Of a stretch of 64,000 nucleotides of DNA, positions 1 through 12,507 are shown piece by piece. This DNA comes from Kondoa subrosea (Eukaryota): positions 2,055,060-2,119,059 of the forward strand of contig BCIN01000003.1 of the NCBI GenBank assembly GCA_039545335.1. The letters run 5' to 3'. A program made the translations under genes and the position numbers. How positions within the stretch are numbered: the first letter of the stretch is position 1; each line of letters starts with the position of its first letter. The notes under the pieces are model-generated. The model saw only the letters and a list, made by a program, of their open reading frames with translations. It was not told where the DNA came from and searched no databases.

Positions 1-715
1 CCGCATTGGTCATCGTTACCGTCGTCACTTCTTTCTGTGCTGATTATCGTAAGGAATCATTTGTTCGACATGCTTTGTGACGGAACTTGGTGTTGATGCT
101 TGACTCGCAGTGGTCGATTCAATTGATGAATTCGCTGATGATTACGGAATTCCAAAACCTTTTATTGGATTGATTCTGATCCCTATCGTTGGTAACGCTG
201 GTGAGTTCTGCGCAGTTTCTTGTTTCACGGGGGATGCTGATGTGGCAATAGCTGAGCACTTGACTTCCGGTGAGTTGACTTTGGTTTGTGTCGGCTGAAG
301 ACTTAGCACCATGATCTCTCACAGTCTGGATGGCCGCCAAAGGAAAGATGGAAATTGTCATTGGCGTTTCTATCGGCTCTTCTATTCAGATTGCAGTCGG
401 TGTCATCCCAATCTTGGTATTGTGTGTTTCTTTTGCCTCTACCGATATTGGAACAGATTGTCTGATTCATCGTCACAGAGTTGGCTGGGCTATGGGCAGG
501 GAGTTGACACTCTACTTTGAAAACTTCGAGACCATTTGCCTGTTCATCGCTGTTACTTTGGTCAACTCCTTGGTACAAGGTTTGCGAATTCTTATATATT
601 TGGAAATCTTGGCTGACGGTAGTGTTCGTATACAGATGGCAAATCTACGTATATGGAAGGACTCATGCTTATAGCCCTCTATGTGGTTATCGGACTCGCT
701 TTCTGGGTCTCGTAA
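1..715 (+). CDS. VCX1: Ca2+/H+ exchanger (CAX/VCX1 family), 3' part, multi-exon
   Basis: Exon peptides FIGLILIPIVGNA(A)EH, GVSIGSSIQIA, LTLYFENFETI match the CaCA alpha-2 repeat; TAA at 713-715; 5' end lies outside the window. Confidence 0.85.
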
Positions 716-926
716 AATATCCACCTTTTGTATCTCTAGTCATTTACATATACACGCTACAATACACTCGTAATCTGCTCCTTTTGCGCGTCTGTCAAGC
801 CTGTGCGTGTGATTTTCGAAGATGACCGAGTTCTGCACGCGTTTTCATTTCAAAACAACGATTTGTTCCTTTCAGCTTCGCATTGCGGAAGAGCCTCTGA
901 GACTCATTTTGACACGTACTTAGGCC

Positions 927-3868
927 ATGGCTAAAGCGAAAGGACCTAAATGTTAGCACAAGCTGTGTATACACCTCGAGAGAATCGAGTTCATCTTATT
1001 CGCTATACAGGGTATGCTGTTCGCAAAGGAGCTCAAGGCAGGAAGATTGTAACAACGTGGGATGAATGTTCTGCTATGGTGAGAGCTGCTTCTTGTTCAG
1101 CGCAAGCTCGTCTAATCTCTATCCTGTCAGGTCACTGGTTTTCGTTTGTCATACATTGCTTCTCTTTCCTCTACTTTTTGATCGTGAATGTAGCTGGTTC
1201 CGTGTACAAGAGTTTCCCTACTGAAAGCGAAGCGAAGAATTGGCTCGGTAAGTCATCCAGTAAAGTAGTCGAGAGGAACCTACTGAGTTGAGGGCAAATG
1301 CAGGCAATTTTGATGCACCTATCCTACTGTCATCTCCTGATCCCTCACCTGAGAAGAAGAAGCAAAAGGCGAAGGAAGTCATTGCTTTAAGCCCTTCGCC
1401 AACTGGAGCTCGATACAGTCCTTATCACCCAAAGAAAGCAGAGCCCGATAGTCCAGCACAGCAGCAAAAACGCTATGCTCTTCCACCTAAAGCGTCTTCT
1501 AGCCAGCAGAGTAATCTCACCTCAACCGTTTATGCATCGTCTAGTTCTCCTGTTGCTTCAACCTCGAAAACCAAGCTGGAAGATGATCTCAGTATTGCTG
1601 AATTACCTGACATTGGCGAAGCACCACCTCCACCTCCTGTCATCGTATTAAACGAAGAACAGTTGGATGTTTTAGCGAAAGTCAGAGCTGGAGAAAACAT
1701 CTTCTTCACTGGATCTGCAGGAACGGGCAAATCAGTCCTAACGCGTGCTATTATTCAGCAAATCAAGGATGAAGGTAGAACAGTGTACACTACAGCTGCA
1801 ACAGGTATGCCGCAATTGCTTCAGACTTGTATCGCTTGGATCTGAATCCTTGTCAGGCATCGCTGCTGTCAACATTGGCGGGAGTACTCTCCACTCGTTC
1901 GCTGTATGTCCTCTTATCCTTCTTGTTTTCGCACGTGAAAATTCGTTGGACAGGGTCTAGGACTGGCTAAAGAACCAAAAGAGAAATGTCTCGGAAAGCT
2001 GCTCGGTACTTTTGGCTCCAACGCTCGTAAGAGATGGAACAATTGTCAAGCTCTGATCATCGACGAAATCTCTATGGTAAGCCCTGTTCTCTTCATGCAA
2101 CTTCTGCTTACTTGCCGCAGATTGATGGAGAATTCTTTGACAAGCTCGAATTTGTTGCGCGAAACATCAGAGGCAAATTGACTCAACCATTTGGTGGTAG
2201 TAAGCATTTAGTATAGGTTCATGAGATGCAGATGCTCAGGTATCTCTTTCCAGTCCAACTGATCATTACCGGTGACATGTTCCAGCTACCGCCAGTTGGA
2301 CAGAAAGGTCAAGCTCCTCCATTATTTGCCTTCCAGGCAAAATCTTGGTCCGCTTGCTTTCCTAAATCCAACATGGTCAACTTGCGACAAGTCTTTCGAC
2401 AAAAGGATCAAACCTTTGTGGATATGTTGAACGAAATGCGTACTGGCCAGCTATCCAACTCTACTATCAAAGCTTTCTCGCAGCTCAGACGAGACGTCAC
2501 TTACAGCGATGGAGTAAATTCTTCAGCACAGGTCGAGACCAATTTCGCTGATTGAAAATATACAGGCCGCTGCGGTGCAACTTTTCCCTGTAAACTACAA
2601 GTAAGGCTTATGCTTACTTTTATGGTGTATTCCTGCTTAGCATGATCCACAGGGTTCAAGGAGCCAACGAAACCCAGCTCAAGAAGTTACCTGGTGAAGC
2701 TAGACGTTTCCAAAGCAGAGATTACCGTGGAGTTTATCTTGAACACGACAACACGACGAGCAAAGCCCAAAAGGATATGAAGACGACCGAAAAATTGGAC
2801 AAAGACACTATGGCTGCCAACAATTTGCTTTTGAAAGAAGGTGCTCAAGTCATGTTGATCAAAGTGAGTCTATCCTTGCATCGCTGATTGTAATTAAGCT
2901 AATTATCATATCGATAAGAACTTGGCAGAAGGTAATCTGGTCAACGGTTCGATCGGAAGAGTCGTTGCCTTTAAGTCTGCCGCTCAAGCGAACGGAGAAG
3001 ATACAAAAGACTTTGATGGCGATATTGAGATCGCTCATGCTCAAGACAAAAGAGGCAAAGACGAGAATGAATGGCATGGTGCTGCTGCTCGTGGTCGACC
3101 AGGCAAGAAGGGTGAACCTGCACCAATTCCTGCTGGAGAATGGCCTGTCGTGCAGTTCGAAAATGGATCAACCATGCTGCTGCCGCCTATGGAGTTCCAA
3201 GTAGAGAGTCAGTAATGCAACTCCCTCGCATTCTCAGGTGCTGATTGTTGAATACAGATGCTGATGGCAAGCTCGAGTGTCAAAGGAGTCAAGGTAGGTT
3301 GCCTCAGTATGATGATCTTGCCACGAGACTAAAGTACAATAGTGCCTCTAATTCTCGCTTGGGCGTTGTCCAGTAGGTCTCAACCTTCAAATTTTGGTTG
3401 TCGAGTCGCTAATGAAGCTTTGCACAGTTCACAAATCTCAGGTAGGTCTACATGTAGCTTGATAAGCTGTGCTGACATGTTATCGAACAGGGACAAACCA
3501 TCGAGCGTGTGTTCATTGTGAGCCTTATCTCTAAGCTCTCAATCTGTAATTGACGAGTCGCAGGATCTTACCGGTACATTCGAAAAGGTCAGCAATACTA
3601 TTGAAATCATCCGGGAACTTCGCTGACGCGTGATGACAGGGACAAGCCTACGTCAGCCCTGTAGTGATCTCACCGAATCCCCTAGCTGATAGTTGAGCAG
3701 GTTGCACTGTCTCGTGCTACTTCTATGGATACCTTGCAGGTCAAGGGCTTCTCAGCAGCGGTTGTGCAAGCTCACCCAATCGTCAGTGAGTACTCTTTTC
3801 GTAAAGCGATACAATGCAAGTGCTAATGTACAACAGCCAAATGGTATCAGTCAACATTTGGCGTATGA
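927..3868 (+). CDS. PIF1: Pif1-family 5'-3' DNA helicase with N-terminal RNase H1 hybrid-binding (Cauli_VI) domain; ~20 exons
   Basis: Motifs FFTGSAGTGKS, GGSTLHSFAG, LIIDEISM, GDMFQLPPV, VFRQKD, QVMLIKNL..LVNGSIG, PLILAWALS(I)HKSQGQT, GQAYVALSR; N-terminal spliced peptide WYAVRKG..TTWDECSAMVTGFPGSVYKSFPTESEAKNWL. Confidence 0.93.
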
Positions 3869-4573
3869 TCAACCTGTGAACAGCATTGGATCCTTGCCAA
3901 CAAAGTGTCCTTCCAAGCCTTCTTTGATCCACCATTTGACTATGCCTTCTCTTTCTAAGTAATACCCACAATTTTCTTCTCCTACATACCCTGCCTGGAC
4001 TTGCTTTCCGCTCTCTCCATTCGTCAGAAACGGCACTCTTCCCATACTGATTGCTAACCCTTCTGACTGGAATTTATGTACCACGCTTCCCACTTTCACA
4101 ATGTCTGCATATGCCCCGCTTGCTGCTGTTCTTATTCCTAGTACTACTAGCGTCCAAAAGTAGGAAGTCTTGTCTAGGTCAGACGGAATTGAAGGAGTTC
4201 CAAGGACGACCGCGCGAATGAATGTCTGACTGTGATACTTTCTGATGAGCTCGAAGATTAGAGCATATCCATCAGCGATTGGAGTACGAGGAGCCCAAGG
4301 TATAGCAATGAGATGAGTGCCGATCGATGTGTTTGGTCCTAAGGTACTGAGCAAGATTTGCACTCCTTCCAATGCTGTCAGAAGTTTTTCTTTGTCATCC
4401 AATCCACCTTCAATGATCTTCACTCTCGAATCGATCTTGAAATCTGGCGGAAGTTTGCTCGCATTACGTAGGTAGATAGTGAGGTCGTGCTCATTTTCCA
4501 GGAGTCGTCGAACGATCAATTGACCAGATTGACCGGATGAGCCGAGTAGGACTATGAAGGCGGTGAGCAGCAT
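3869..4573 (-). CDS. NAD(P)H-binding Rossmann-fold protein (flavin reductase/BLVRB-like atypical SDR)
   Basis: Intronless 234-aa ORF, N-terminal LLGSSGQSG dinucleotide-binding loop, RNASKL, IIEGGLDD. Confidence 0.8.
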   Translation of the reverse strand: MLLTAFIVLLGSSGQSGQLIVRRLLENEHDLTIYLRNASKLPPDFKIDSRVKIIEGGLDDKEKLLTALEGVQILLSTLGPNTSIGTHLIAIPWAPRTPIADGYALIFELIRKYHSQTFIRAVVLGTPSIPSDLDKTSYFWTLVVLGIRTAASGAYADIVKVGSVVHKFQSEGLAISMGRVPFLTNGESGKQVQAGYVGEENCGYYLEREGIVKWWIKEGLEGHFVGKDPMLFTG

Positions 4574-4798
4574 ATACGTAGTAGAGTCTGAGCCTACAGA
4601 AACGCATGCAATTCGCTGATCAGCTCCAACTTGGCTTCAACCCAAACTGCCGTGTCGCTCGCGTACCTGGTGCAGCAGAGACTACACTCTGTAGAGGTTC
4701 TCCTAGTGGATCAAGAGACAGGTGTACAACGTCAATCCGTCTTGATATCGCTCGACTCGATCCATTGCCTCGCCCTCGCTTCATCACATCATCAAAAG

Positions 4799-6434
4799 AT
4801 GCTTGCACTACCTGTGGAAACGCTTTGCCAGATATTTGCCGAGGAAGGCATGTCTCAGAGGGACCTTATAGCTGTCAACGCAACAAACCGTTCGCTGGTT
4901 TCTTTCTCGTAGATGAGCATCTCTCATGCTCAAAGCAGGTCACTTCTACTCTCTTACCAAGACTCTGATCTTTCGTAGCCTGGAAGCTGGCAATCTGGAA
5001 AATATGCGACTGCACGAAAGATTTAGTGAAGATGCAACTTTGGCTTTGGCAGCGAAGAGCTGTGTCTGGACTTTACATTTCGAAGAGCCTGAACCTCGTT
5101 CACCTCCACCTATCGAGTCTGCGTCCCGAATAGCTTTTAATCGGAGCAATGTTCGAAAGACGCGCAAGATCGCTGAACGACAAAATGCCATAGAAGACGA
5201 AGAGCTGGAAGCGGCGGCAAATAGACAAAGAGAAGAGAGATTGGCCTTTGAGCAAGAGCTGGCAGCCAACTTTCCGCAAGTCTTGTTAGATCATCGCCGC
5301 CGAATCGATGCAGCTGCACAGCTTATGGAGACGTTCACCAATATGCAGAGATTGGAGATCATTGTGAAAGACCCCACATACGCAATTCCTCGCCAAATCA
5401 GCGCTTTAGTCAAATCGAGCCATCTAAGCCCGAGACTCCCACGAAGTTTGAGCAATCAAATCAGGTTAATCGATCTTGTATTTACCGGGAAGAGCAGTTT
5501 TCGCCCATACTACAAGCATATCCATACTTGGATCAACTCTCTGCGATCCGTTCATTCGATGAGCGTGCATACCGCAAGTACAAATAATGGACATACTGAA
5601 ATGCTACCTACCTTGGCAACAAACGCTCTTCGCTCGCTGGATATCTATCTTTATCCGCAATACGATCCTGAATCACCAAGACCCTCGACCAAAACTTTGC
5701 GTGATCTTCTAGCGACTCCAAACCATTTGACCAGTTTAAATCTTGATTTCCGTTTGGAAAACCTCCTTTGGTCGACCCTCTTCACACCCGGCGTTACTCT
5801 ACATCACTTACAACACCTTTCTGTTGGTTACTTCAAAGAGCCCATAACAGCTGAAGAATGGTCACTACTTACTACCGCTACCCCCAATCTCATTCGACTG
5901 AGCATTCTCATATACATTGAAGCATGGAAAACCACGGATATGAGTCCTTTCCCAGATCAAGTACAAGGTCTTGCTCGACATGTCATTCTTCCAAGGCTCC
6001 GTCAGCTTCATGTTTATGAACATGGATTGAGGTCTTACAGCACGATCGCTGAAGCTCATCTTTACCGTTTATCATTCTTAACTCAATTTCTCCGGGATCC
6101 GGCCTGGCAGCAAGTCTCAGATATGACTTTCCCTTTCGTGATGGGTTCTAGAATCCAGATGCGCAAACTCCTGGGCGATCATCATGTCATCCCCATTGTG
6201 CAGGAGACTCAGCAACCGAAAAAGGGCAAACAGCGTATTCCAAAACCTCGAACACTCGAACAACGCGACCTTGATGTAATTATGCCATGTATAGTACAAG
6301 ATTTCCACCAATTAGCTCTGCATCATTCGGCAGGTAGAAGACTGGAAGTGCAAATGGTAGGGAACAGATGTAATGGGTTGCGGAGTCTACTTATGGACAG
6401 GGATGGCTCAATCACTGAAAATTGGGCTGCTTAA
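4799..6434 (+). CDS. F-box-like N-terminus plus leucine-rich-repeat-like protein
   Basis: MLALPVETLCQIF F-box-like start, short intron, then 502-aa ORF with repeated LxxLxL (LRSLDI, LTSLNL, LQHLSV, LIRLSI, LRQLHV). Confidence 0.55.
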
Positions 6435-6773
6435 TTTCTGATCGCCTCAATGCCTTTTTATATTACTCGGTACAAGCGCTATGATGTTACATTTTCCAAA
6501 GAAGAATTCGGACTACTGATCTTCTTTGGTATCACTCTAGCGTTTCCTTCCTGGCTAGAAATCTGATTGAGTCGGAACTTTCAATCTGCCTGTTTCGTCC
6601 GTCAGTATTACGCACGAGGCGTAAGGTTCTGCTGACACGCTGCTTGTACACAAGAGGGGTTTCGCACTTGAGCTTCGTGTATTCTTCCTACTCTTCGCTT
6701 GCAAGCTTCGTTCCAGAAGGTGTACGAGGATGACACATGGTTATAGGGCTGGGAACAACGTGCTCGCAAATCT

Positions 6774-8020
6774 TCAGTCCATTTTCTGAGCTTTAGCTGG
6801 TCTCTCTTCAGCTTTAGCAGCTCTAGCTTCCAAAAGTTTCCTCTTTTTCTCAGCCAACAGATTCTTTCTATCCTCCTTTTCTTGCTCAGCAGCTGTCTTC
6901 TTCTTCTCTTGCACCACAATCTCTCTTTCCGCTTCTGCCCTTCCTTGCTTGATAGCTTCCATTTGAGCTTGCCTTTCTTTCTCATCTTTCGAGAATTGGA
7001 AATGCGAAGCGCCTTTGGTTCGAACTTCTTGACTTGCGTCATAATGTTGGAATAACGGTTCATCCAGGCCTAGAGCCTTCTGTCTTGCTTGAAGTTCTTC
7101 AGGTGTTGGTTCATAGACTGGGAATTCCATTTGTTCTCCATAATAGACATTGTTTCTGAGAGTCATGAGGAGATTAGCTTGCAACGCCAGCGGTGCAATG
7201 GGGAAACTCACTCGTCTACCTCTAGGGCTGCCGATGCGAAAGATTCCGGGGGAGGAGGTGTAGGAGCTTTAGCCATCTTTGGCGCTTGACTTCTAGGAAC
7301 CATTCTAGCTCTACCAAAATCATCTACGATCTCAACCAGATCCTCTCCCTGTATCAAGAGAAATCAGATATTCCATTCTTGCGTCAGCCAGAAATTGTCG
7401 AGACGTACATTTTTCGCAGGTTGTGGACCTTCTTCCTCACTGTCAGAATATTCTTCGCCCTCATCGCTTTCCTCGTCCGGTCTCTTAGGTACAGTCAAAC
7501 TCTCATCCCAATCGGACGAATTCTTAGCTTCGAAATCCACATTTAGTGTAGCTCTTTGTCCAGGTGTTAGACCAGCCATATCTCCCTTTCTCAACTTCTC
7601 GTATAGCTTAGCTTTCTGAATCAAGATGGATTGTCGAGCATTAGCTGAAGCAGGGGAAGTGAAATCTTCTTGTGCTGTCGCTGCTTCATCGGCTGCCATT
7701 CGTTTAATGATCCCTTTATTGGTTTGCCATTTCTTTTGCTGTATTCATGACATGAGTGTGATGACAAATAATAAGAGAAGGATATCAGCTTACAGTACCA
7801 GCTCGTTTTGGTGCTTGTGAATAGCTTGAGGTTGATGAACTCGGGGCAGCATCTTTCGATACTTCGTTCTTCCGTTTACTATACACCAATCTATCAGTCC
7901 ATGTGATCATACACATCACAGAGAGAGTCTGACGTACTTGATTTCAGCGAGAAGTGATAGCTTCGAAGACGACTTGATAGCATAAGGATTCGCAGAAGTA
8001 GAAGCGATAGGCTTTGACAT
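6774..8020 (-). CDS. CCDC174-like coiled-coil protein (DUF4078)
   Basis: KAKLYEKLRKG and HYDASQEVRTKGASHFQFSKDEKERQAQM motifs; ATG at 8020. Confidence 0.75.
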
Positions 8021-8158
8021 CGCTGCGTTGTGATCTCCACTACTAGAACGTAGGCTGATACAGAGTACAGGGATTATTGACAGTGGTATCTGGCAGCTAG
8101 GATATAAGTCGCTGTCTGGGTCCAGGAATCAACATTTAATGTTTTTCGAGTGCAAGCA

Positions 8159-9206
8159 ATGACGGAAGAACTGAACGCTAGTAAATTAGGTAGAGCGTCT
8201 CATTGAATTGATTGTACGAAGACTAATCAGTTCTGTGCTTTGCCAAAGGTTCTAAATCGCATTGGGATGAAGTGTACGAGTTCGTAACTCTGCTGTTTTC
8301 GCCTTCTAGCACAGCTCATATAATGACATTCAGTCGGGAGATCAAAACCTTTGACGAAATAGGCGACGAGGTAAAGTTCTTCACTTTCGAAAAACATCTT
8401 TGTAAGCTGATAGTATTCCAAGGGAGAAGTCCGTTTGCAAAGTCGGGCCGCGATATATTCTGATGCTTCATAGTAGGTCTGGTTCGGCACAGAAGCAGCA
8501 GAAACTATGATCGATTGGGTTAGCGAGAACTTACCGTCTGAGGATCACCCAGGCATGAAAGTCCTGGATGGTAAGTCCAACTATCCCAAAGCTTTCTGTC
8601 TGAATTTAACGCTTTCATTCAGTCGGATGTGGGAATGGTCATCTGCTTTTCGGTTTAGCTGAAGCTGGGTATCCAACCGAAACGCTGACCGGACTGGATT
8701 ACAGCGAAGCTTCAATAAAGCTTTGTCAATCGATAGCCAAGACGAAAGAAGTAACTGGCATCCAATGGAAAGTTGCTGATTTACTCTTACAAGATTCTGT
8801 GAAGATGCTCGGCGAATTCGATCTCATATTGGACAAAGGCGTAAGTCGGTTGTAGTCTTGCAGAGCAACCAACTTATGGATCTTCTAGACCTACGACGCT
8901 ATATGTCTCTCAGCACCTCAGGGCGAAGGCGAAGAATTACCCTCAGCTCAATATGTGAAAAGCATCGTTTCACTTCTCGCGCCGAATGCGATCTTTCTCA
9001 TCACAAGTTGTAATTGGACTGTCGACGAACTGAGGACACGGATGGATGTGCCTAGTAAGCTTCCTCTAAACAGATCCTTGCTACCAAATTTTGGCTGATT
9101 CCGCTCATGAGGTCTGTCGTATCATTCACATATCCCCAAACCTACTTTCACTTTCGGTGGAGTCTCAGGAGCAACAACAGCAACAGTGGCATTCCAAAAG
9201 CAATAA
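8159..9206 (+). CDS. EFM4: Protein-lysine N-methyltransferase EFM4/SEE1 (eEF1A)
   Basis: MTEELNASKLG..WDEVY..EIGDE..VWFG, VLDVGCGNGH SAM motif I, LDKG, LITSCNWT, FTFGG. Confidence 0.85.
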
Positions 9207-9282
9207 CCTCTATCTCTCGCATCGAATAGCAATAGCATAAAGTAATGTAGAATAGTTCGCACATCCATGATACCACTGCAAA

Positions 9283-12200
9283 TCAATATACATCGCTGTG
9301 TGCTATACCTGCACCTAATCTAAGTGTATCCAGCGCAATCTCGGCTAACTCAGATACTTTATCATCCTTTGATGCTTCTTCGCCAAATTCACTCTCAAGT
9401 ACGAATCGCAGCCCGCGAGATAACGAGTCAAATGGTGCTGCCTTGAGGAAAAGTTGCTCGACTGCTTCTTTATTCACTCGGTGAAGCTTGTTACTCAGCA
9501 TAGGCGAAGAAGTTTGGGTTGACAGAAAGAGTGTAGTAAGAAGATGTTTTAGGAAAGCTCGAGATTGTGGTTGAAGTGATGTGAAAGGCAGTGGCTGTAT
9601 ATTCGGTGTTAGCTCCGCACCAAAAGCACAGAAACCAACGTACTTTGAGGATAGTCAAGCTCAAATTCCCTTTGCCCAGCCACCAACCATAAGCCCGAGC
9701 TACATTTTGTGCCCGACGAGGATCAACTGTGCCCTCGGAGTCTTCTGCTTCTTCAGAAGCTGCTAGCCGCTCTTGACCTCCGACTTGAGATTCTCCCATC
9801 TCCCTAAAGAAATCCCACAAAGCGTATTGAAGCGTGATACCGAACGAATGAGACATGTTTGATGACTGATTGAGTAGGCGCTGTACTACAAGAGAGTAGA
9901 AAGGATTGTAGGTGCCTTCCTGTGTGGATAAGACTGGCACCTGAGCTATGAGCAAGCAAGACGACAATTATACACACGTTTCCACAGCAATGAAGGATCA
10001 CTTTCACAACTTCACGCTGCTGTTTCTCTGTCAATCCAATTTGAAGCACTCGGTCACATGCATCGACATAATCCTGTTTAATCCGGATTAGGTCATTGAT
10101 GCAAGTGAGGCAAAGCTGACTCACTTCGCTGCCCATCAATGCGACAAAGATAGCTTTTCGAACGTCTGTATTCATGCCTTGTTTCCTCGCCAATTTAGCC
10201 CATTTCGCATCAGAAGGTGTTTTCGGTGTGAGCGATAAAGTGCCAGCTGCTGCCGCTTCAGCTAAAGGATCTCCAGACCACGCTGCGCCAATCTGCCACC
10301 ATTTGCCTTTGGTCGCGCTGGATCGCAGTTCCTCTAAAGTAAATCGAAGTGGTTCACGTAACGATTCTGTTGAAGGCGATTCAGCTCGACTGATTTATTG
10401 AGGTTTAGCATGAATTATACCTCCTCGTTTCTTAGCTATACCGCTGAGGAACTTGCGCATGCCCTCTTCGGTCGATAAAGCTGATCCAGGACCCGTCGAA
10501 CCTGGTTCTGCTTTGATTCGATTGTTCTTTAGGTTGTTGAGAGTTTCAATCATGAACTTCGTCCGTGAGCTGTTAATCGGATCGTCAATTCCAACTGCAT
10601 GCAACGCAACATCATGACATCCGACTGACCTTAGGGAAGAGCTATTAAAAGCTTTCTGCTTCTGTTCTACTAGCTGCACGATCTGCTTCAGAGCAGAAGG
10701 ATCATCCGATCTCAATTTCTGACCGGAAGCTGAGGATCTATCATATCAGCAAATTCATGCATATCTCGGGCTGCGATACACTCACTTTTCATTACAATTA
10801 ACAAGGCCTCAACATCTTCTTCTGCCAATTGTTGACCTTCCATTTGACCTTCGATCAATTCTCTGATGACGCCATAAATCATTTGACAACCCAAAACATC
10901 CAGATTGTACAGCCGACACCAAAGTCTAACCACATTGTTTCTTTCTTTGCCTTTATCTTGACCTCTCTGATCCCATCGTTTCAGACATTGGGTGATGACT
11001 GATTCTCTTAATCCAATTCCTTTGCCATAGAAAGAAGATACAAGCGCAGCGAAAGTAAGAACATTGATTTCTCCCAAAACATCAGAAGAACCAGCTACTC
11101 TTTCTACGATAAGTGAGGTAAGAGCAGCAGTGAGTGTTGCTCGAGGATGTTGAGTATAAAGCTGTTCTATCTGAGCCAAGATTACAGCGATATTTGTAGG
11201 CGATAGTTTGTTCAGATGACCGGAAAGTAATCGAGCAAGACGAGGATCTATTTCCGGTGAGGCATTTGTAGATGAAGGCATAGCTTGGACACGCAGATGA
11301 GGCGGGACGTATTTACTACTTGATGCTTCAACCGCAGGTTTGGCAGGAGAGGAATCGGGCAAAGCGAATCGAACAGATCGAGTCTCTGTGGGTGCCGAAT
11401 CTAGTGAATCTGCTGTGGTTACTTGCGTTTCTTCTTGGATGCCTCCCCATTCATCTGAGTCTTCCCCCTCCAATTCGCCTTCTTCATCAAAAGTAGCTTG
11501 CATATCTAGATCAGAGTATTCCTCTTCGGTTGTTTCATCGTCTGGTGGTTCATCTAAGCCAAAATCATCTTCTGCTTCTGAAATCTCGCTATCTGACTGT
11601 TCGCATGCATTAGGCGCTGATATGGACGATCGAAAACAGCTTACAGCACTCTCTGATGACTCGTCCTCGTCTAGTAAGCCGTCATCTGCTCCATCTTGTT
11701 CATCATCTGATGCTGCTACAGCTCCAAGACTCGACTCCAAGCGGTCAATGTCGGCGAACAGGTCTGGCGTAGCCCATAGAGACTGAAATCAGGAACAATC
11801 ATAGCTCAATGAATCCTACTGACCATCCAAACCATCTTCTTGCATCTCAGAGACAAGTTTCCCTCCCTTCTTCTTGCCTAGTCCAAGAGAGTATTCCAAC
11901 CAAGCGATTTCTTGATCTTCCTGCTCTTCAACAGCGGATCTTGGTCCAGATGTCTTGAGCTTTTTAGATACAGCTGAAGTAGAGGCCCCTTCTTGTTTGG
12001 CTAGTAATCGAGATAACGGTGTTGGAGTATCTGATGTAATCTTTGCATTCCGATTTTTCGAGTCTGATCTTGCAGAATTAGCTAGAGCAGGAGCAGCACT
12101 TTTCTTTGCCTTCTTCTTGACAGGTCTCGCGACTTCCGGCTCTACTTCTTCAACAATCTCAGGCTCAGGTTCTTCTCGCTTGCGTTTGCCCTTCGCATCT

Positions 12201-12457
12201 GGTTTCGCTTTACCATCAAAGTAGGCCTGTTTCCTGAGTTTGGCTTCCTCTCGATCATTCTTGCGCTTGTCTTTCCGACCACCTCTACCTCGACTAGCAT
12301 AATTTGGCTTGAGTGCACCAGATTTGATCAATTCGTTTTCCAAAGCTGAAGGTAAAGTAGTTGACCAGTTCTTGCCTCTTGCTTCACCTCTTGTATTTGT
12401 TCCTCCTCCTCCTCCTCTGCCACGACCTCTGCCACGACTGGAACCTCTTAATGACAT
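9283..12457 (-). CDS. SGD1: Nucleolar MIF4G/MA3 protein SGD1/NOM1
   Basis: SKYVPPHLR, LNKLS, RTKFMIETLNNLKNN, GKWWQIGAAW, MNTDVRKAIFVALMGS, YNPFY. Confidence 0.9.
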
Positions 12458-12507
12458 GATTGTCTTGGAACGAGATTAGCATTTTATTTTGTTTTCTGCT
12501 ATTCGCG

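Noticed and set aside
927..1247. Standalone RNase H1 gene
   Set aside because: Only the hybrid-binding domain is present; no catalytic RNase H motifs (e.g. YTDG) follow and the frame continues into Pif1
927..3868. Pif1 as part of a Helitron or other mobile element
   Set aside because: No Rep/HUH domain or element termini seen; the gene is intron-rich and flanked by ordinary genes, as expected for a cellular helicase
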